Virus record (IMG/VR): IMGVR_UViG_2548876794_000003
Coordinates: 114,961 to 178,960 of that record
DNA from: a virus
Lineage: Duplodnaviria > Caudoviricetes
DNA: 64,000 bases
Direction: 5' to 3' (one strand)
Of this stretch, positions 19,734-30,897 are shown piece by piece. How positions within the stretch are numbered: the stretch's first letter is position 1; each line of letters starts with the position of its first letter. The position numbers and the translations under genes are program-made. The notes beneath the pieces were generated by a model that did not search any database, was not told where the DNA came from, and saw only the letters and a list, made by a program, of their open reading frames with translations.

Positions 19734-22574
19734 ATGCGAGGGAAAACAATTCGCGAGCGCTCATACAAAGAAGGGCGCTCAAATGGGGCGGTACTCGATA
19801 ACGAAACGTTACGTGTTTTACAAACCGTCTCTACTTTAAACGTTGACCGCACTGATCGAGAAGATGGTCCCGAACCAGTAATTGACCGCGGGCTGTACTT
19901 AGATGATGACGGTGGCGAGCTTCGCTACTACGACATCGCGAAAGATAAGTGGCTCAACGTATTCGGTGAGAAGTTCCAAATCACTGACCAGATGCTAACA
20001 GATTATCCAAGCGATAGCCCAGTGTTCGGTCAGCTTTGGTTAAATCAAGATGTGCTGTTTTACTACGACGGCAATGGATGGCGACCGGTTAAAACAATCT
20101 TAGAAGATAAGAGTGAATTAAACGTTAGTATCTTTGAGGATTTCTTGATTCTGGACCCGATTAATCAAATCGGCAGCACAATTGAAGAAGATGAACAGTA
20201 TGCTCAATTCCTTGTGCCGCGTGTAGACACTGGACGCTTTTATAGTTATGGCCATCTAAAAGAAGGCTATGACCGAGTGAACGCTGTGACAGTGCAATAT
20301 GATAAGCGCCTTATCTCTGAAAACAATTCAACATGGGTGCATGTCAACCCAGCGAAGCTACGCAATGTCGAAAAGAAATTATTCTTATTAGACAAGACTT
20401 CGCAGTTCATCAATCACACATCAAGTAATACAGAGTTCTATGGGTTCCGTCGTGAAAGTTACGGCGGTTCACTATTGCGACCAACTGTAGATTACAAAGC
20501 GCAGCATCAAGGCATCCTGTTAAGTGATGTCGTTGCGTTGAAGTATGACTTCATCCTTGCTGTGCATTATTCATTCGGATGGATTCGTTCATCTGGTGAG
20601 CTTGAAGTACTAGATGAAAAGCTACGACATACCTTTGCAACAACAGGGCTCACTGGTGGCGTCAACGTATTTGTTGAAGGCTACCAATTGGACCCAAAGC
20701 AATATACATATGATCCAGTGGACGACTACGTGGAAATTACAGATCCAGAGATGGACGATGATTTAGAAGTAATGGTCATGTCGAATGTTGAACACATGGA
20801 ATCCGGTGTCATTAAGGCACAGTACACACATAACCGCGCAACAATCCGATTGCGCAAAAAATACACCAACCCATTAGTCTTTGTAAATGGTGAAGCACTT
20901 CACGCTGGTAGTGATTCTGCAGACCTTCAATACGATAGCTCAATTGACCGTATGTACATTACTGGTGCTCATGCGAACATGGAATACACTGTAATGGACC
21001 TTTATGTGCCATCAGAGATTAACGGTGTACCCGATGCAGATTCATTTGTTAGCAGTGGTCATGTAAGTTTGTATTCAGATACACAACAAACATGGTACAT
21101 TCCAATCCCAGACGTTCCAGAAGATGAACATGTCATGCTGTTCGTGGAAGGCAATGCCGTTACAAAAGAAGCGATTTATACATTCCATGACGAGAACGGT
21201 CAACGTTGTGTAGCTATTGATGGAGATGAAGGAGAATGCCTAGAGCAGATGCAACGTTACATCGTGCTGCTTGATACATTCCATGCGCTCTATAGCGAAG
21301 GCGATAACCGAGATGTCATCCGTACAAATAGCGCAGATGAAGCGTTAGTGTACGTAAATGGATTCCTTCAATTAGATCACCGCTTCATTACTAAATTGAA
21401 CTTAGCAGAAGCAGAGAGAGAAGATAATCGCATTGTTAGCGCATTTGACGAGAATCTTAATACATATAATTACTATTCATATAGCACGTACTACAATGAG
21501 TGGCAGCTAATTAGCGATGAAGATGCCGCATACATCGAACAACTGACGAATACATACACACAAGCCCCTCGTTCAATTCTGTTTAGAGAACGCATTGGGA
21601 ATGATGCAGATGTACGTGTGTACGCATATAAATTAGCCAGTCGCATCAGTAACCCTTTAATCGTTGGTCGAATGGAAGGTAACGTTATTCCAGATGAAAG
21701 CGAGAATAAGACGTATGATGAACTGCTAGATTGGTATGGGCAAGATACGTTTTACTTAAAAAATGTAACGTACGTACCGGGGCGTAATTCATTACAGGTG
21801 TTCGTTGATGGTGTACGCCAATACGACGTCGAAGAAATGAAACTAGGTAATGGCTTCAAATTGCCTTATCCAGTAATCGGCATTGTTTCATACATTATTG
21901 AGAAGCCCGACGAAGGAGAAGTACGCAGCTGCGAACGTGAAGTATTAGATGCAAGTGATGCTATCGACAATGGGCGCAATATCTACCGCACGAAAGAGTC
22001 CCTCTATCCTGGTTCTTTAACAGTATATGTTTCTGGTATTCGCCAGCCAAAAGAGAGTTACACAATTCTCGATGCGCATACCATTATGTTTAAAGATGCC
22101 ACGCGTAAATTAATCGGCTCTACCGATACGTTCCCAACGCTATCAACGATTGATTACAACGACGAAGCGGTGGATGTGCCGATGATGAATGATGACCGTA
22201 TCTTAATCGAGCGTCGTAATTTACTTTCACGCAATGAAGATAGTTTCGTTTTCACATCATTTGCAGATGGCGTATCAATTGACCTTGACGAGCGCGGAAT
22301 CAATCACGACATAGTAGATACCAAGGACCATATGTTGTTCTTCCTAGATGGCAGGTTCCTCGGCTTACGCTGGAACAATGAGGAGTATGAGCTTGTACCG
22401 ACGCAACGTAAGATTCTGATTCACGACAAATTGTATGAAGCGCATTTAGAAACCAATCCATTATATACATTGGTAGCAAGTGATCCTGTATTAGCTGAAC
22501 AATACGAACGTTTATTTAACAAGTCCATTGAGGACATTACAAAAGACCATCTATTAACAATCGAGTGGAGGTAA
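19734..22574 (+). CDS. Putative tail/baseplate protein with repeated V-F-V-x-G beta-sandwich domains
   Basis: Repeated VFVEG/VFVNG/LFVEG/VYVNG/VFVDG/VYVSG/FFLDG motifs; PVFGQLWL...YYDGNGW module. Confidence 0.55.
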   Translation: MRGKTIRERSYKEGRSNGAVLDNETLRVLQTVSTLNVDRTDREDGPEPVIDRGLYLDDDGGELRYYDIAKDKWLNVFGEKFQITDQMLTDYPSDSPVFGQLWLNQDVLFYYDGNGWRPVKTILEDKSELNVSIFEDFLILDPINQIGSTIEEDEQYAQFLVPRVDTGRFYSYGHLKEGYDRVNAVTVQYDKRLISENNSTWVHVNPAKLRNVEKKLFLLDKTSQFINHTSSNTEFYGFRRESYGGSLLRPTVDYKAQHQGILLSDVVALKYDFILAVHYSFGWIRSSGELEVLDEKLRHTFATTGLTGGVNVFVEGYQLDPKQYTYDPVDDYVEITDPEMDDDLEVMVMSNVEHMESGVIKAQYTHNRATIRLRKKYTNPLVFVNGEALHAGSDSADLQYDSSIDRMYITGAHANMEYTVMDLYVPSEINGVPDADSFVSSGHVSLYSDTQQTWYIPIPDVPEDEHVMLFVEGNAVTKEAIYTFHDENGQRCVAIDGDEGECLEQMQRYIVLLDTFHALYSEGDNRDVIRTNSADEALVYVNGFLQLDHRFITKLNLAEAEREDNRIVSAFDENLNTYNYYSYSTYYNEWQLISDEDAAYIEQLTNTYTQAPRSILFRERIGNDADVRVYAYKLASRISNPLIVGRMEGNVIPDESENKTYDELLDWYGQDTFYLKNVTYVPGRNSLQVFVDGVRQYDVEEMKLGNGFKLPYPVIGIVSYIIEKPDEGEVRSCEREVLDASDAIDNGRNIYRTKESLYPGSLTVYVSGIRQPKESYTILDAHTIMFKDATRKLIGSTDTFPTLSTIDYNDEAVDVPMMNDDRILIERRNLLSRNEDSFVFTSFADGVSIDLDERGINHDIVDTKDHMLFFLDGRFLGLRWNNEEYELVPTQRKILIHDKLYEAHLETNPLYTLVASDPVLAEQYERLFNKSIEDITKDHLLTIEWR

Positions 22575-22579
22575 CACAC

Positions 22580-24631
22580 ATGACAAAAACAGCACATGAT
22601 TTAACACAGCTATCTTTAAGCCTTCTTCCATTAGAGGACTTACAAGCGTATCTGCAATTAAAGCAAGGCTTTGTAGCAGGGGACGAATCAGCCTATGACA
22701 CATTACACGTTGCAGGCATTCCCTCTGGCAACATCGCCATTTCAATCGAAGGCGACCGTCACACTGTCAGTAATAGTTTGAAATTGGGCGACCGAGAAGC
22801 AAGCGAATACCTAACAGTAGATGATGGCGGTAAGATTATCACTTCATTTGAAAAGATTCGCTCAACGTACACAAAAGAAATGACGGACATCCGAGACGAG
22901 TTCTATCAATTAAAATCTGACCTAACTCGCCAGGGCATTGTTGCTAACGTCGATAGCTACAAAGGCTTCCACGACACATTCAACAAGCATGATGTTATTT
23001 ACAATCAAGATCCTGTGTGCGAAATTGAAGCGTTCCTGTCAACTAGCAAAATTCGTACGACTCAAGATTTATCAAATGACGTATTCATCGGAGATTATTT
23101 AGTCATTAAAAATGTAGCGGAGAATATTGATGGTGGACACGTATGCCGCGTAACCGATGTGGAAAATGAAACATTCACCTTCATGCCTTCATACCCTGGC
23201 GATACAGACATTTCAAATGTTGAAGTAGTGAAGTCGTTAGGTACTTATTACAAAGGTTCATTTGCTTTCGCATCTAAAGATGAAAACGTTCCAAGCAATG
23301 AGGTAAACCACTCAACAGTCGATGACGACCAGTACGTGAAGAACATGAATATCGTAGGTAACGGAACGGGCGTAGCGTATTCGTTTAAATTAGGCATGCA
23401 AGCGTTCAGCGGTGTCGAAGATAAAACTGCCGGTTACTTATGCGATTTAAAATTGCGTGGAACAGTAGTGAATGAAGCGAAGCTAGATGAATCGCAAACC
23501 TTAACAGCTTATGTGATTCATGAGCGTGATCGTGCGAACTTTAAAAACGTAGAACAAGCACAAGAAGATAACTTAATCGTTGCGCAATCTCAGCCACTTG
23601 TTGTCAGCTCTCGACGCAATAGTCACGTATTCCCATTCACTTTCCGCGATGGCGACCAATATCCTGTTGTTCGTTCACACGATGATAACTTGATTCCTGT
23701 CCGTTACTGCTTAGTCGTAGTAACAGAGAATCCAAACGGTAAAGATTTCCCAACAGAATGCGCCATTGCATTCAATACATTGTATCGTCAAGAGGGCGCT
23801 GTTGAAGCAGACCTACAAACGAACAATTCAATGTACCGCTTCCATGAGGTTGCATACAACTCGAATGACAGCTCAACGACAATCGACATCGACTTCCAAG
23901 GTAAAGAGCTTTACTATTCATTTGGTACACGAGAGATTGTAGAAAACACAATCGTTCCATTCCAAAATGGATTGTACACTGTTAGTCGTAAGCTACCGGA
24001 TTGCATGAAAGCTTCATATGCTCGTGTAACATTACGTGTTCACCGAGAAGGTATGTTTGAAGTGTCTGCTGCAGAAGCCGACACGCACATTAAAGCTGGC
24101 GACTTATTCGCTATTGCAAAAGAGCAAGGTGCTGGCGGAAGTTACGACCTGTACTCAACAAACGGCATTGGATTGAACGCCGTCAATAGTGGCCATGTTA
24201 TTGTTGGCGGTAAATTGATTAAAGGCGTAGCGAACGGTATTGACCAAGTAGTTGCAGAAAGTGCTGTTGAAATTGAATCACGAGCAGATGTATTGAACAT
24301 CGACAACTACGTGGTGCGATTAGTGGCAATTAAGCATACATTCAATGAAGATACCGCTACGTACGAAACTGAAAAACGTGTAGCTGCAGAGTTGGCGCCT
24401 AGCTGTGTTGTGCGTGACCGTATTCGTAAAGATGATACAGTATCGGACCGCATTATCTTTGAGGGTGTATTTGAAGATGAAGATGGTGAACCAATTTTAT
24501 TCGATGAATATGAATTGCAAATTGCATGGAAATCTCCGTATTCATCGAACGTCCTATTGGATGAAGAATCTAAAGAGCATTTATACGGTGCGATTTCTCA
24601 CATCAACCTAACACTGGATGCAACAATTTAA
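22580..24631 (+). CDS. Putative virion structural protein
   Basis: Long ORF; GGAGG RBS before ATG 22580. Confidence 0.5.
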   Translation: MTKTAHDLTQLSLSLLPLEDLQAYLQLKQGFVAGDESAYDTLHVAGIPSGNIAISIEGDRHTVSNSLKLGDREASEYLTVDDGGKIITSFEKIRSTYTKEMTDIRDEFYQLKSDLTRQGIVANVDSYKGFHDTFNKHDVIYNQDPVCEIEAFLSTSKIRTTQDLSNDVFIGDYLVIKNVAENIDGGHVCRVTDVENETFTFMPSYPGDTDISNVEVVKSLGTYYKGSFAFASKDENVPSNEVNHSTVDDDQYVKNMNIVGNGTGVAYSFKLGMQAFSGVEDKTAGYLCDLKLRGTVVNEAKLDESQTLTAYVIHERDRANFKNVEQAQEDNLIVAQSQPLVVSSRRNSHVFPFTFRDGDQYPVVRSHDDNLIPVRYCLVVVTENPNGKDFPTECAIAFNTLYRQEGAVEADLQTNNSMYRFHEVAYNSNDSSTTIDIDFQGKELYYSFGTREIVENTIVPFQNGLYTVSRKLPDCMKASYARVTLRVHREGMFEVSAAEADTHIKAGDLFAIAKEQGAGGSYDLYSTNGIGLNAVNSGHVIVGGKLIKGVANGIDQVVAESAVEIESRADVLNIDNYVVRLVAIKHTFNEDTATYETEKRVAAELAPSCVVRDRIRKDDTVSDRIIFEGVFEDEDGEPILFDEYELQIAWKSPYSSNVLLDEESKEHLYGAISHINLTLDATI

Positions 24632-24650
24632 AACATACATACACTGAACG

Positions 24651-24679
24651 AGGGGGCCTCTACTATGGGGTCCCCTTTT
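24651..24679 (+). terminator. Intrinsic terminator
   Basis: AGGGGGCCTC...GGGGTCCCCTTTT hairpin. Confidence 0.6.
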
Positions 24680-24723
24680 ATGTTAAAATGTCCTCAGTCT
24701 TTTGAGACAAGGGAGGAATACAC

Positions 24724-25470
24724 ATGCTGAATACAGCAAAAAACTACGCATCGGCTATTGCCATGCTTCGAGAAAGGAGCCAGCCAACGCTTACTGAGCA
24801 AACAAATTTATTGGACGCTAAAGCATTTAACGACACGTTTGCGTCATTCGAAAGCTCACTGAATAGCATTTACCAAAAGACACGCATTGCATTTGAACTG
24901 AATGAATATATTGAGACATTTGCCAATGAAAAGATTAAAGGATATAGCAATCGAATGGACAATGTAGAACGTTCAATTAACAATGTTTTAGATGTTATGC
25001 GACAAACTCCTTCTATTTATATTGAAGATACTTTTCTTCAAAAAGATACGACAGTTGTTTATCGTGATCGTGATGGTTCAATCATGAGCAATTGTACAGT
25101 AGAAAAAAGTGGGCTAGTCCCTTATACATCTACTGCGACAGGCGGGCAATACGGCATTGTTTATAGTAATCGTGGAGAAATTCTGATTGATGTGACAGAA
25201 TACAAAAAAGGCAAAGGAATTCAATTGATTATCGAAGAGTCTTCTCGACTAAATGGTCGTGTGGCTTCTACCTTTATATTTGAACCAGATGCGCCATTTA
25301 AAGCGAACCGCATTTCATTTAAAGAGATGAATGGTGAAGTTATCGCCATCTCCGTATTCAACGACTACAATGTTGAAACAGAAGTGGCAGATGTTAATAG
25401 CGGGCTGTTCCTTGAACAAGAAATACATAAAATTAAATTCACAGTCGCAACAACGGAAGAGGTGGTATAG
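24724..25470 (+). CDS. Hypothetical (structural region), N-terminal coiled coil
   Basis: GGGAGG RBS; first of a coupled gene run. Confidence 0.55.
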   Translation: MLNTAKNYASAIAMLRERSQPTLTEQTNLLDAKAFNDTFASFESSLNSIYQKTRIAFELNEYIETFANEKIKGYSNRMDNVERSINNVLDVMRQTPSIYIEDTFLQKDTTVVYRDRDGSIMSNCTVEKSGLVPYTSTATGGQYGIVYSNRGEILIDVTEYKKGKGIQLIIEESSRLNGRVASTFIFEPDAPFKANRISFKEMNGEVIAISVFNDYNVETEVADVNSGLFLEQEIHKIKFTVATTEEVV

Positions 25471-26345
25471 TGCCAATCATTTATTCAAATGCGAAAGCAA
25501 TTTTATCCGATGTGTTTACCATCAACGTTGATTACCTGGAGGACGCAAGCATCATTGATGAAGTCTATAACGTACGGCTCCAGAATGACAACGTATTGAT
25601 TACGGAGTTCAAAGGCGGCATCACAAGGAAAATCCTAAAAGTCGATGATGAATTTGAAGAGGGATACATGCTATTTAGAATCGGTACTCTAGGCGATCCA
25701 GTAAAAGCGTTAGGTACAGAAGTTCAAATTGGCGAGATTGAAATTCGCTCAAATACAATGTATGTGTTCGTTGCGAACTATGCAGAGCCCGAAAACGAAG
25801 AAATGATTGCACTAGCAGAGCAAGATTATTTTCACTTTGGTATAAGCGACATTACGCTATCGAAGGAAGTAGCCGAACATAGTGCTTGTTTCATTTCACG
25901 ACAAATGAAAATCAATGGTGATTATCTATCACTAGACCTTACATATTACGGTGGCAGCTCGACATCCGTTGAAGCCAGCATACTTATCGGTGGGAAAGAG
26001 TTTCCTATCATGCCAAAAGGCGATACATATATTAGAAATGAAAAGATATTTTATGGGATGCCAACACGATTCCCAGTAGATGAAACAAAAGGCATGACTG
26101 TTTACTACAAAGGTGAAATGGTGTCGAAAACATTTGAAGAAGCACAGGCTGATTCACTAGAAGGCTACTCGGTCAGTTATTATCCAGTTGATATTGATGA
26201 CGCTAAAACACTTTATGTGCGAGATCAATCGTACGTTGTTCCAAAGTATGTACTACGCAACCTGTCTGATACAAAACACGACATGGCTAGAATCAATCGC
26301 GCGATGCTGGTTGTCGATGGAGAGAGGAGCAATCTAAATGGATAA
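25470..26345 (+). CDS. Hypothetical structural-region protein
   Basis: Translationally coupled GTG start with GAGG RBS. Confidence 0.55.
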   Translation: MPIIYSNAKAILSDVFTINVDYLEDASIIDEVYNVRLQNDNVLITEFKGGITRKILKVDDEFEEGYMLFRIGTLGDPVKALGTEVQIGEIEIRSNTMYVFVANYAEPENEEMIALAEQDYFHFGISDITLSKEVAEHSACFISRQMKINGDYLSLDLTYYGGSSTSVEASILIGGKEFPIMPKGDTYIRNEKIFYGMPTRFPVDETKGMTVYYKGEMVSKTFEEAQADSLEGYSVSYYPVDIDDAKTLYVRDQSYVVPKYVLRNLSDTKHDMARINRAMLVVDGERSNLNG

Positions 26346-27279
26346 AGCTACGATTATCAAAGAGCACAACAAATCTGTCAGAAGCGTTCCAGACGCAGAT
26401 TTGATTTTTGAAATTAATGACGACAAACTAACCGCCCCTGCATTGCGTGTAATGCCGCATCCAGAATGGGTCCCTGAAATTAATACAATCAACTCTATAC
26501 ATAACACTCTAGGAAAATCTATTGATTATGCTGATGAAACGTTTGTAGCGATTGCTACAGACTTCGAAGAAATCGTTGGCACAGTAAATACATACGGTAA
26601 TTTAATCGAAACAAACATACGCACAGAGGAAACCATCGCTGCTGATTTGAACTACATCAACGGAAACTTCACTGGCGCAATCGTTGAAAATCTAACAGTA
26701 GACGATTTCGAAGGGGAATTCACTGAGCTAAACGGCGTATTTTATCCACCAGTTTCAGATAACGAAGAAGTAGCGCTCGCTATTGAGAGCATCACAGGCA
26801 ATGGGTACGAAGGTAATCAATATGCACTGGCAAATGAAACGACATTCTTACAGGACCTAGTTTCAACCGACCGAGAAAACATGATTGATAACGACATCAC
26901 ATCGTACTTTGAATACTCACGCATCCACTCGCCAAACGACGGAAAGACTCGTCCGATTGAATTTAAGAATTTCTATGAGGATTTATCTTGCACCGTTGTG
27001 CTATCATCACGAAAAATATTCGACCAGTTAATCATTGATTCTGATACGAAAACGTTGCAAATTGCGTTCGTCGAAACAAGCACTGACGGTACAAACTGGA
27101 TTACTGAGCTAGTGACAGAAGAAGAATTTAATAACGTACGAGCATCATATCGAGATGCAGCAGTCGCATACGGTACAGGGATTATAGATATTACACCTTC
27201 TACTTATGTGCGCATTGGATTTAAAAACAATACATATGATTCACATATCTTAGGCTATGAAGAAGAGGTGGCAGGATGA
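26338..27279 (+). CDS. Hypothetical structural-region protein (possible galactose-binding-like domain)
   Basis: GAGGAG RBS; ENMIDNDITSYFEY...VETSTDGTNW resembles a discoidin/CBM-type fold. Confidence 0.5.
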   Translation: MDKATIIKEHNKSVRSVPDADLIFEINDDKLTAPALRVMPHPEWVPEINTINSIHNTLGKSIDYADETFVAIATDFEEIVGTVNTYGNLIETNIRTEETIAADLNYINGNFTGAIVENLTVDDFEGEFTELNGVFYPPVSDNEEVALAIESITGNGYEGNQYALANETTFLQDLVSTDRENMIDNDITSYFEYSRIHSPNDGKTRPIEFKNFYEDLSCTVVLSSRKIFDQLIIDSDTKTLQIAFVETSTDGTNWITELVTEEEFNNVRASYRDAAVAYGTGIIDITPSTYVRIGFKNNTYDSHILGYEEEVAG

Positions 27280-27752
27280 CAACGATGAAAGAAAAATCGT
27301 ATGCAAGTGCATTCATAAAGAATGGCAGCCGCTTCCGACGCGATTATCAATCGAAACGACACAGTGTAAAACTTAATAACATTGTTGCTTCAAAACATAC
27401 ATATGAAAAAAGCATGTCGATGCAAAGCCGCGAGCTAATCGACAAAGGTGCAAAAATTAAAATGATTGCGGTCTACGCAAATAAAATTAATGATGCGCAA
27501 AACGAAAAAGCCTCACTTACATACACGCTAATTATTAACGGAAGCATTACACAAAAAATTGTACCAATCAATGTAGCTGCGACAAATGATGAAATTAAGT
27601 TCATTCGCAGAAAAGATGGTACAGAACAGATTGATAATACGTTGTTGATTGATGATTATATCTCTAGCGCTGTACTTGTAATCGAGGGACGATACGACGA
27701 AACCGTTGCAATAGCAAATATCAAAGTAATCAAAGAAGGAGTGGATGCGTAA
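27276..27752 (+). CDS. Hypothetical structural-region protein
   Basis: ATGA overlap; GAGG RBS. Confidence 0.55.
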   Translation: MTTMKEKSYASAFIKNGSRFRRDYQSKRHSVKLNNIVASKHTYEKSMSMQSRELIDKGAKIKMIAVYANKINDAQNEKASLTYTLIINGSITQKIVPINVAATNDEIKFIRRKDGTEQIDNTLLIDDYISSAVLVIEGRYDETVAIANIKVIKEGVDA

Positions 27753-28927
27753 TGTTTAGCGACTATATTAAAAAGCTCTACTTCTACCGACAACAAGTTA
27801 TCGAGCAATTGGTCTACTACGGTATTCCATTGAACACAGGGAATATTGAGAAGCGGTTGGCGAACATTGATGCATCTATCGCTATTTACACACACACAAA
27901 CATCCAGAACGATATGACATTCGATGCGGAGGATTACGCAAAGCGATTGCGAGAAATCATGAAAGACTTAGAAATCATCTATGAAATTATCTACGATGAA
28001 ATCCTGAGCAACTTAGACCAAACGAAACGTCGCGTAAAAGCAAGCATGCGAGATATTCTGATTCGTTCAGAAAGAACACTATTAAAGGCAAAAATAGAAG
28101 CAGGGACAGCATTAGATGGGAAGAACGTTGTCAGCATAACGAAGGACTTCGATCTATACCAAACGAATGAATACTTGAATGTAGACATCGGAGCCTTTGA
28201 TGTGCCAGGAGGAACCCGACTAGCATTGTTTGTTGAGAGTGACGAAACGAATAATGAGGACATTCAGCTCACACTGGTACATGATGGCATCACTACGATT
28301 ATGTCACCATATGAATCCAACAATCACAACCTTCTACAAGTAGGAGCTAGTACGTCGACTTCCTATACTTGCTTAGTTGATGAAGGTCTGCAAGTAGAGA
28401 ACGTTGCTTATTTGCGATACGAGTCAAATCTAGACGATGCGCATAAGTACGAAGTGTTCTCACAACAAAACAAATTTCGTATGATGCATCAAGACGGTAC
28501 TGTTAGTTATGTAGATATTACGAAGGACTTCGATGAAGTCGTGGGATCGCATGTGAAAATATATGTGAAGGATGCGACATTTATTCGCGCATACTTCGCC
28601 AATGAGCCATCAAATAAAAACTTCATCGGAAACTCGATAGATAATCCAAAGGCTTTAGAGGTACTAGAGTTTTCTTATGCAGAGGATGCGGTCAACGTAT
28701 CAAAGTCTTTCCATATTGAAACAGATGGCAAATTGTTCGGTCAACAGCAAGAGGGGCTCGTAGATGAAACAGGCTTATATGTTGCAGATGCCCAAGGAGA
28801 ATATGAGTATTATGTTGTTGAGACATCTTCTGGTGCATCCAGCGCTTGTGAAGGGCTTCTAAAAATCAAAGACGGTAACGCTTCAAAACTAAAAGGCGTA
28901 TTTATTCGTGCGATAGGGGTGAATTAA
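27752..28927 (+). CDS. Hypothetical structural-region protein
   Basis: TAATG overlap; AAGGAG RBS. Confidence 0.55.
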   Translation: MFSDYIKKLYFYRQQVIEQLVYYGIPLNTGNIEKRLANIDASIAIYTHTNIQNDMTFDAEDYAKRLREIMKDLEIIYEIIYDEILSNLDQTKRRVKASMRDILIRSERTLLKAKIEAGTALDGKNVVSITKDFDLYQTNEYLNVDIGAFDVPGGTRLALFVESDETNNEDIQLTLVHDGITTIMSPYESNNHNLLQVGASTSTSYTCLVDEGLQVENVAYLRYESNLDDAHKYEVFSQQNKFRMMHQDGTVSYVDITKDFDEVVGSHVKIYVKDATFIRAYFANEPSNKNFIGNSIDNPKALEVLEFSYAEDAVNVSKSFHIETDGKLFGQQQEGLVDETGLYVADAQGEYEYYVVETSSGASSACEGLLKIKDGNASKLKGVFIRAIGVN

Positions 28928-29155
28928 ATGCGACGACATCATTTCCCGTATCGACGTAATTTTGAATACGACCGACATACAATCTTCCTATTAGAGCTAG
29001 TGAACAGCTTAACTCGTTCATTAGATAATGACGACACAGACAATATTAAACAAGTGATGAAAGAATGCGACGAAGTTATCGCAAGTACGAAAGCGCTTAT
29101 GTGTTCAGACTTACAAACAAACGTTATTCGAAAAAAAATGAAAGGAGCTTATTAA
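28928..29155 (+). CDS. Small hypothetical protein
   Basis: Abuts both neighbours; AGGGG RBS. Confidence 0.5.
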   Translation: MRRHHFPYRRNFEYDRHTIFLLELVNSLTRSLDNDDTDNIKQVMKECDEVIASTKALMCSDLQTNVIRKKMKGAY

Positions 29156-29156
29156 A

Positions 29157-30185
29157 ATGATTGAAAAAGCAAGTTCGATTGATTTAAATAATTTCGCAAA
29201 AGAAGCTACGAATAAAATGAATGCTATGCACGACATGGCTATTAAGAAGATAAAGCAAGCAGAGAAGTACCGACGAATCGGCAATGCAATACAGGAGGCA
29301 ATGAGCTTTAACTTAAACAGCGCCAGCTTAGGTAATTACAATAAGTCAATGGTGCTCGATGATGCAGTTGATGGCACATACGATACATACGGAAACTATA
29401 TTCATCCAGTGAGTGCGACAGGTCAGCCGCGTAACTTATTGAATGTACTATCTAGCGGTCGCAAAGAAGTTATCTTTAGAGATAATGTTATCTGTACATT
29501 AAATGGCGTAACGAATCGTGATGTACAGGCTGCACTTTACCACGAAGATCATGCAGAGAAAGATTACTACTTTGATTTCTTCGATGAAGATACAGTCGAG
29601 TTAAAAGTAAAAGTCAATGACGAGAACTACGTGGCATTAATGGATATTGATATGATTGAGATTGCCCCGACAATTGGCAGCACATTCCGTTTAGAGAAGA
29701 TGGTGTTAAAAGATTACTACACAAACGAAGTTGTAGAGATTGATTCCGCATTAATCAATGCTGGGCCAACCCGCTACTTATTGGATAAGAAGGTGAGCCT
29801 TAGTGAAGTGACATTTACTTTTAAACTCCATTACAAGGACAGCAATGGTAAATACCCGTTCGGTTTGAATCACATTTACTTCCTTGACTTCAATGCAGAC
29901 ACTCGATCAAATGCAGTAATCGCGTTTAAGCACACAGACTTCATTGATTCGATTAGTGAAAAGGTTTATCTGCAAACCCCAACAGAAGTTGTAGAGACTA
30001 CATTGACTGACATTGGCGCGAAGCTGTACTTGAATTATAGCAACGGTATATTTGACTATGAGATTGAAACGAGCATCAACGACGACCGTCATTATCTGTC
30101 CGTTAATACACGTACAATTTATATTAGCCTACCAATTAAAAATGCTTACGCAAGTTTGCAGTTCGATGAAATCCTAACAAAATAA
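29157..30185 (+). CDS. Hypothetical structural-region protein
   Basis: AAAGGAG RBS; last gene before the large inverted repeat. Confidence 0.55.
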   Translation: MIEKASSIDLNNFAKEATNKMNAMHDMAIKKIKQAEKYRRIGNAIQEAMSFNLNSASLGNYNKSMVLDDAVDGTYDTYGNYIHPVSATGQPRNLLNVLSSGRKEVIFRDNVICTLNGVTNRDVQAALYHEDHAEKDYYFDFFDEDTVELKVKVNDENYVALMDIDMIEIAPTIGSTFRLEKMVLKDYYTNEVVEIDSALINAGPTRYLLDKKVSLSEVTFTFKLHYKDSNGKYPFGLNHIYFLDFNADTRSNAVIAFKHTDFIDSISEKVYLQTPTEVVETTLTDIGAKLYLNYSNGIFDYEIETSINDDRHYLSVNTRTIYISLPIKNAYASLQFDEILTK

Positions 30186-30188
30186 CTC

Positions 30189-30262
30189 AAATAAAAAAGT
30201 CGAGAAGTTCTGAAAAAAGTTGTGAACTGTTCTTGACTTTTTATTTATTATAGTAATATAAT
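30189..30262 (+). promoter_or_regulatory. Terminator-like inverted repeat overlapping a sigmaA promoter of the replication operon
   Basis: AAATAAAAAAGTCGAGAA...TTCTTGACTTTTTATTT; TTGACT (30233) -18 bp- TATAAT (30257). Confidence 0.65.
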
Positions 30263-30294
30263 AATAGTACAAAAGACGCAGGAGGTTATACCTA

Positions 30295-30897
30295 ATGAAA
30301 ATAGTAGACGATTACGTTTCGTATTATTTAGGCTGTGAAGTGGCTGATGATACCTATAAAATGATGTGTGCGGTATGTGCGCATATGTTAGAAGGCGGCA
30401 TTACAGAGCAAGAAGTGACAAGCTTCTTAGAAAGCAAGGAAAGCGCGGAGGACGTTCGCTTTGATACAATTCCTCAATCCATGTGGGAAGATTCATTTAT
30501 CGACAAAGATGCGTTCTACGTTCATCCAGAGCTTCGCTTGATGGCACCAGCTCCACGATTCAACTCGTCAACTGGCGCAGTCGAAAGAACACCATTCTTT
30601 TTAGAAATGAAAATCCGCTACACCGTAAAAGACTTAATTGCTTACTATAAAAAAACTGTACAACCAATTGAATCGCTTTACGACGAAAAGCGTACGATAG
30701 GATCCTTTGAGTTCTTATTCAATAAGTATCGAAGTATCGACATAGGGACAACGATTGATTTCCTATTAAAGCTAATTGACGTAGCGCGTAACAAACACAT
30801 TGAAGCGATTCAGCTTTCTAACTATGAGCAAGAAGCTTATGAGCTGCATCGTGTCGGCACAATGAATGGAAAAGGAGAGATTGTATGGAGAGTGTAG
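30295..30897 (+). CDS. Hypothetical protein, first gene of the replication operon
   Basis: AGGAGG RBS; overlaps the primase start. Confidence 0.6.
   Translation: MKIVDDYVSYYLGCEVADDTYKMMCAVCAHMLEGGITEQEVTSFLESKESAEDVRFDTIPQSMWEDSFIDKDAFYVHPELRLMAPAPRFNSSTGAVERTPFFLEMKIRYTVKDLIAYYKKTVQPIESLYDEKRTIGSFEFLFNKYRSIDIGTTIDFLLKLIDVARNKHIEAIQLSNYEQEAYELHRVGTMNGKGEIVWRV

Noticed and set aside
1-30185. Stand-alone eCIS/tailocin locus
   Set aside because: It is contiguous with primase, helicase, DnaE, sigma and Rep genes, so a phage or phage-plasmid is more parsimonious. Not fully excluded because no capsid gene is in the window
24724-30185. Stop-codon reassignment or readthrough fusing the run of medium ORFs
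   Set aside because: Each ORF has its own RBS and coupled start, often in a different frame; TAA, TAG and TGA all act as normal stops
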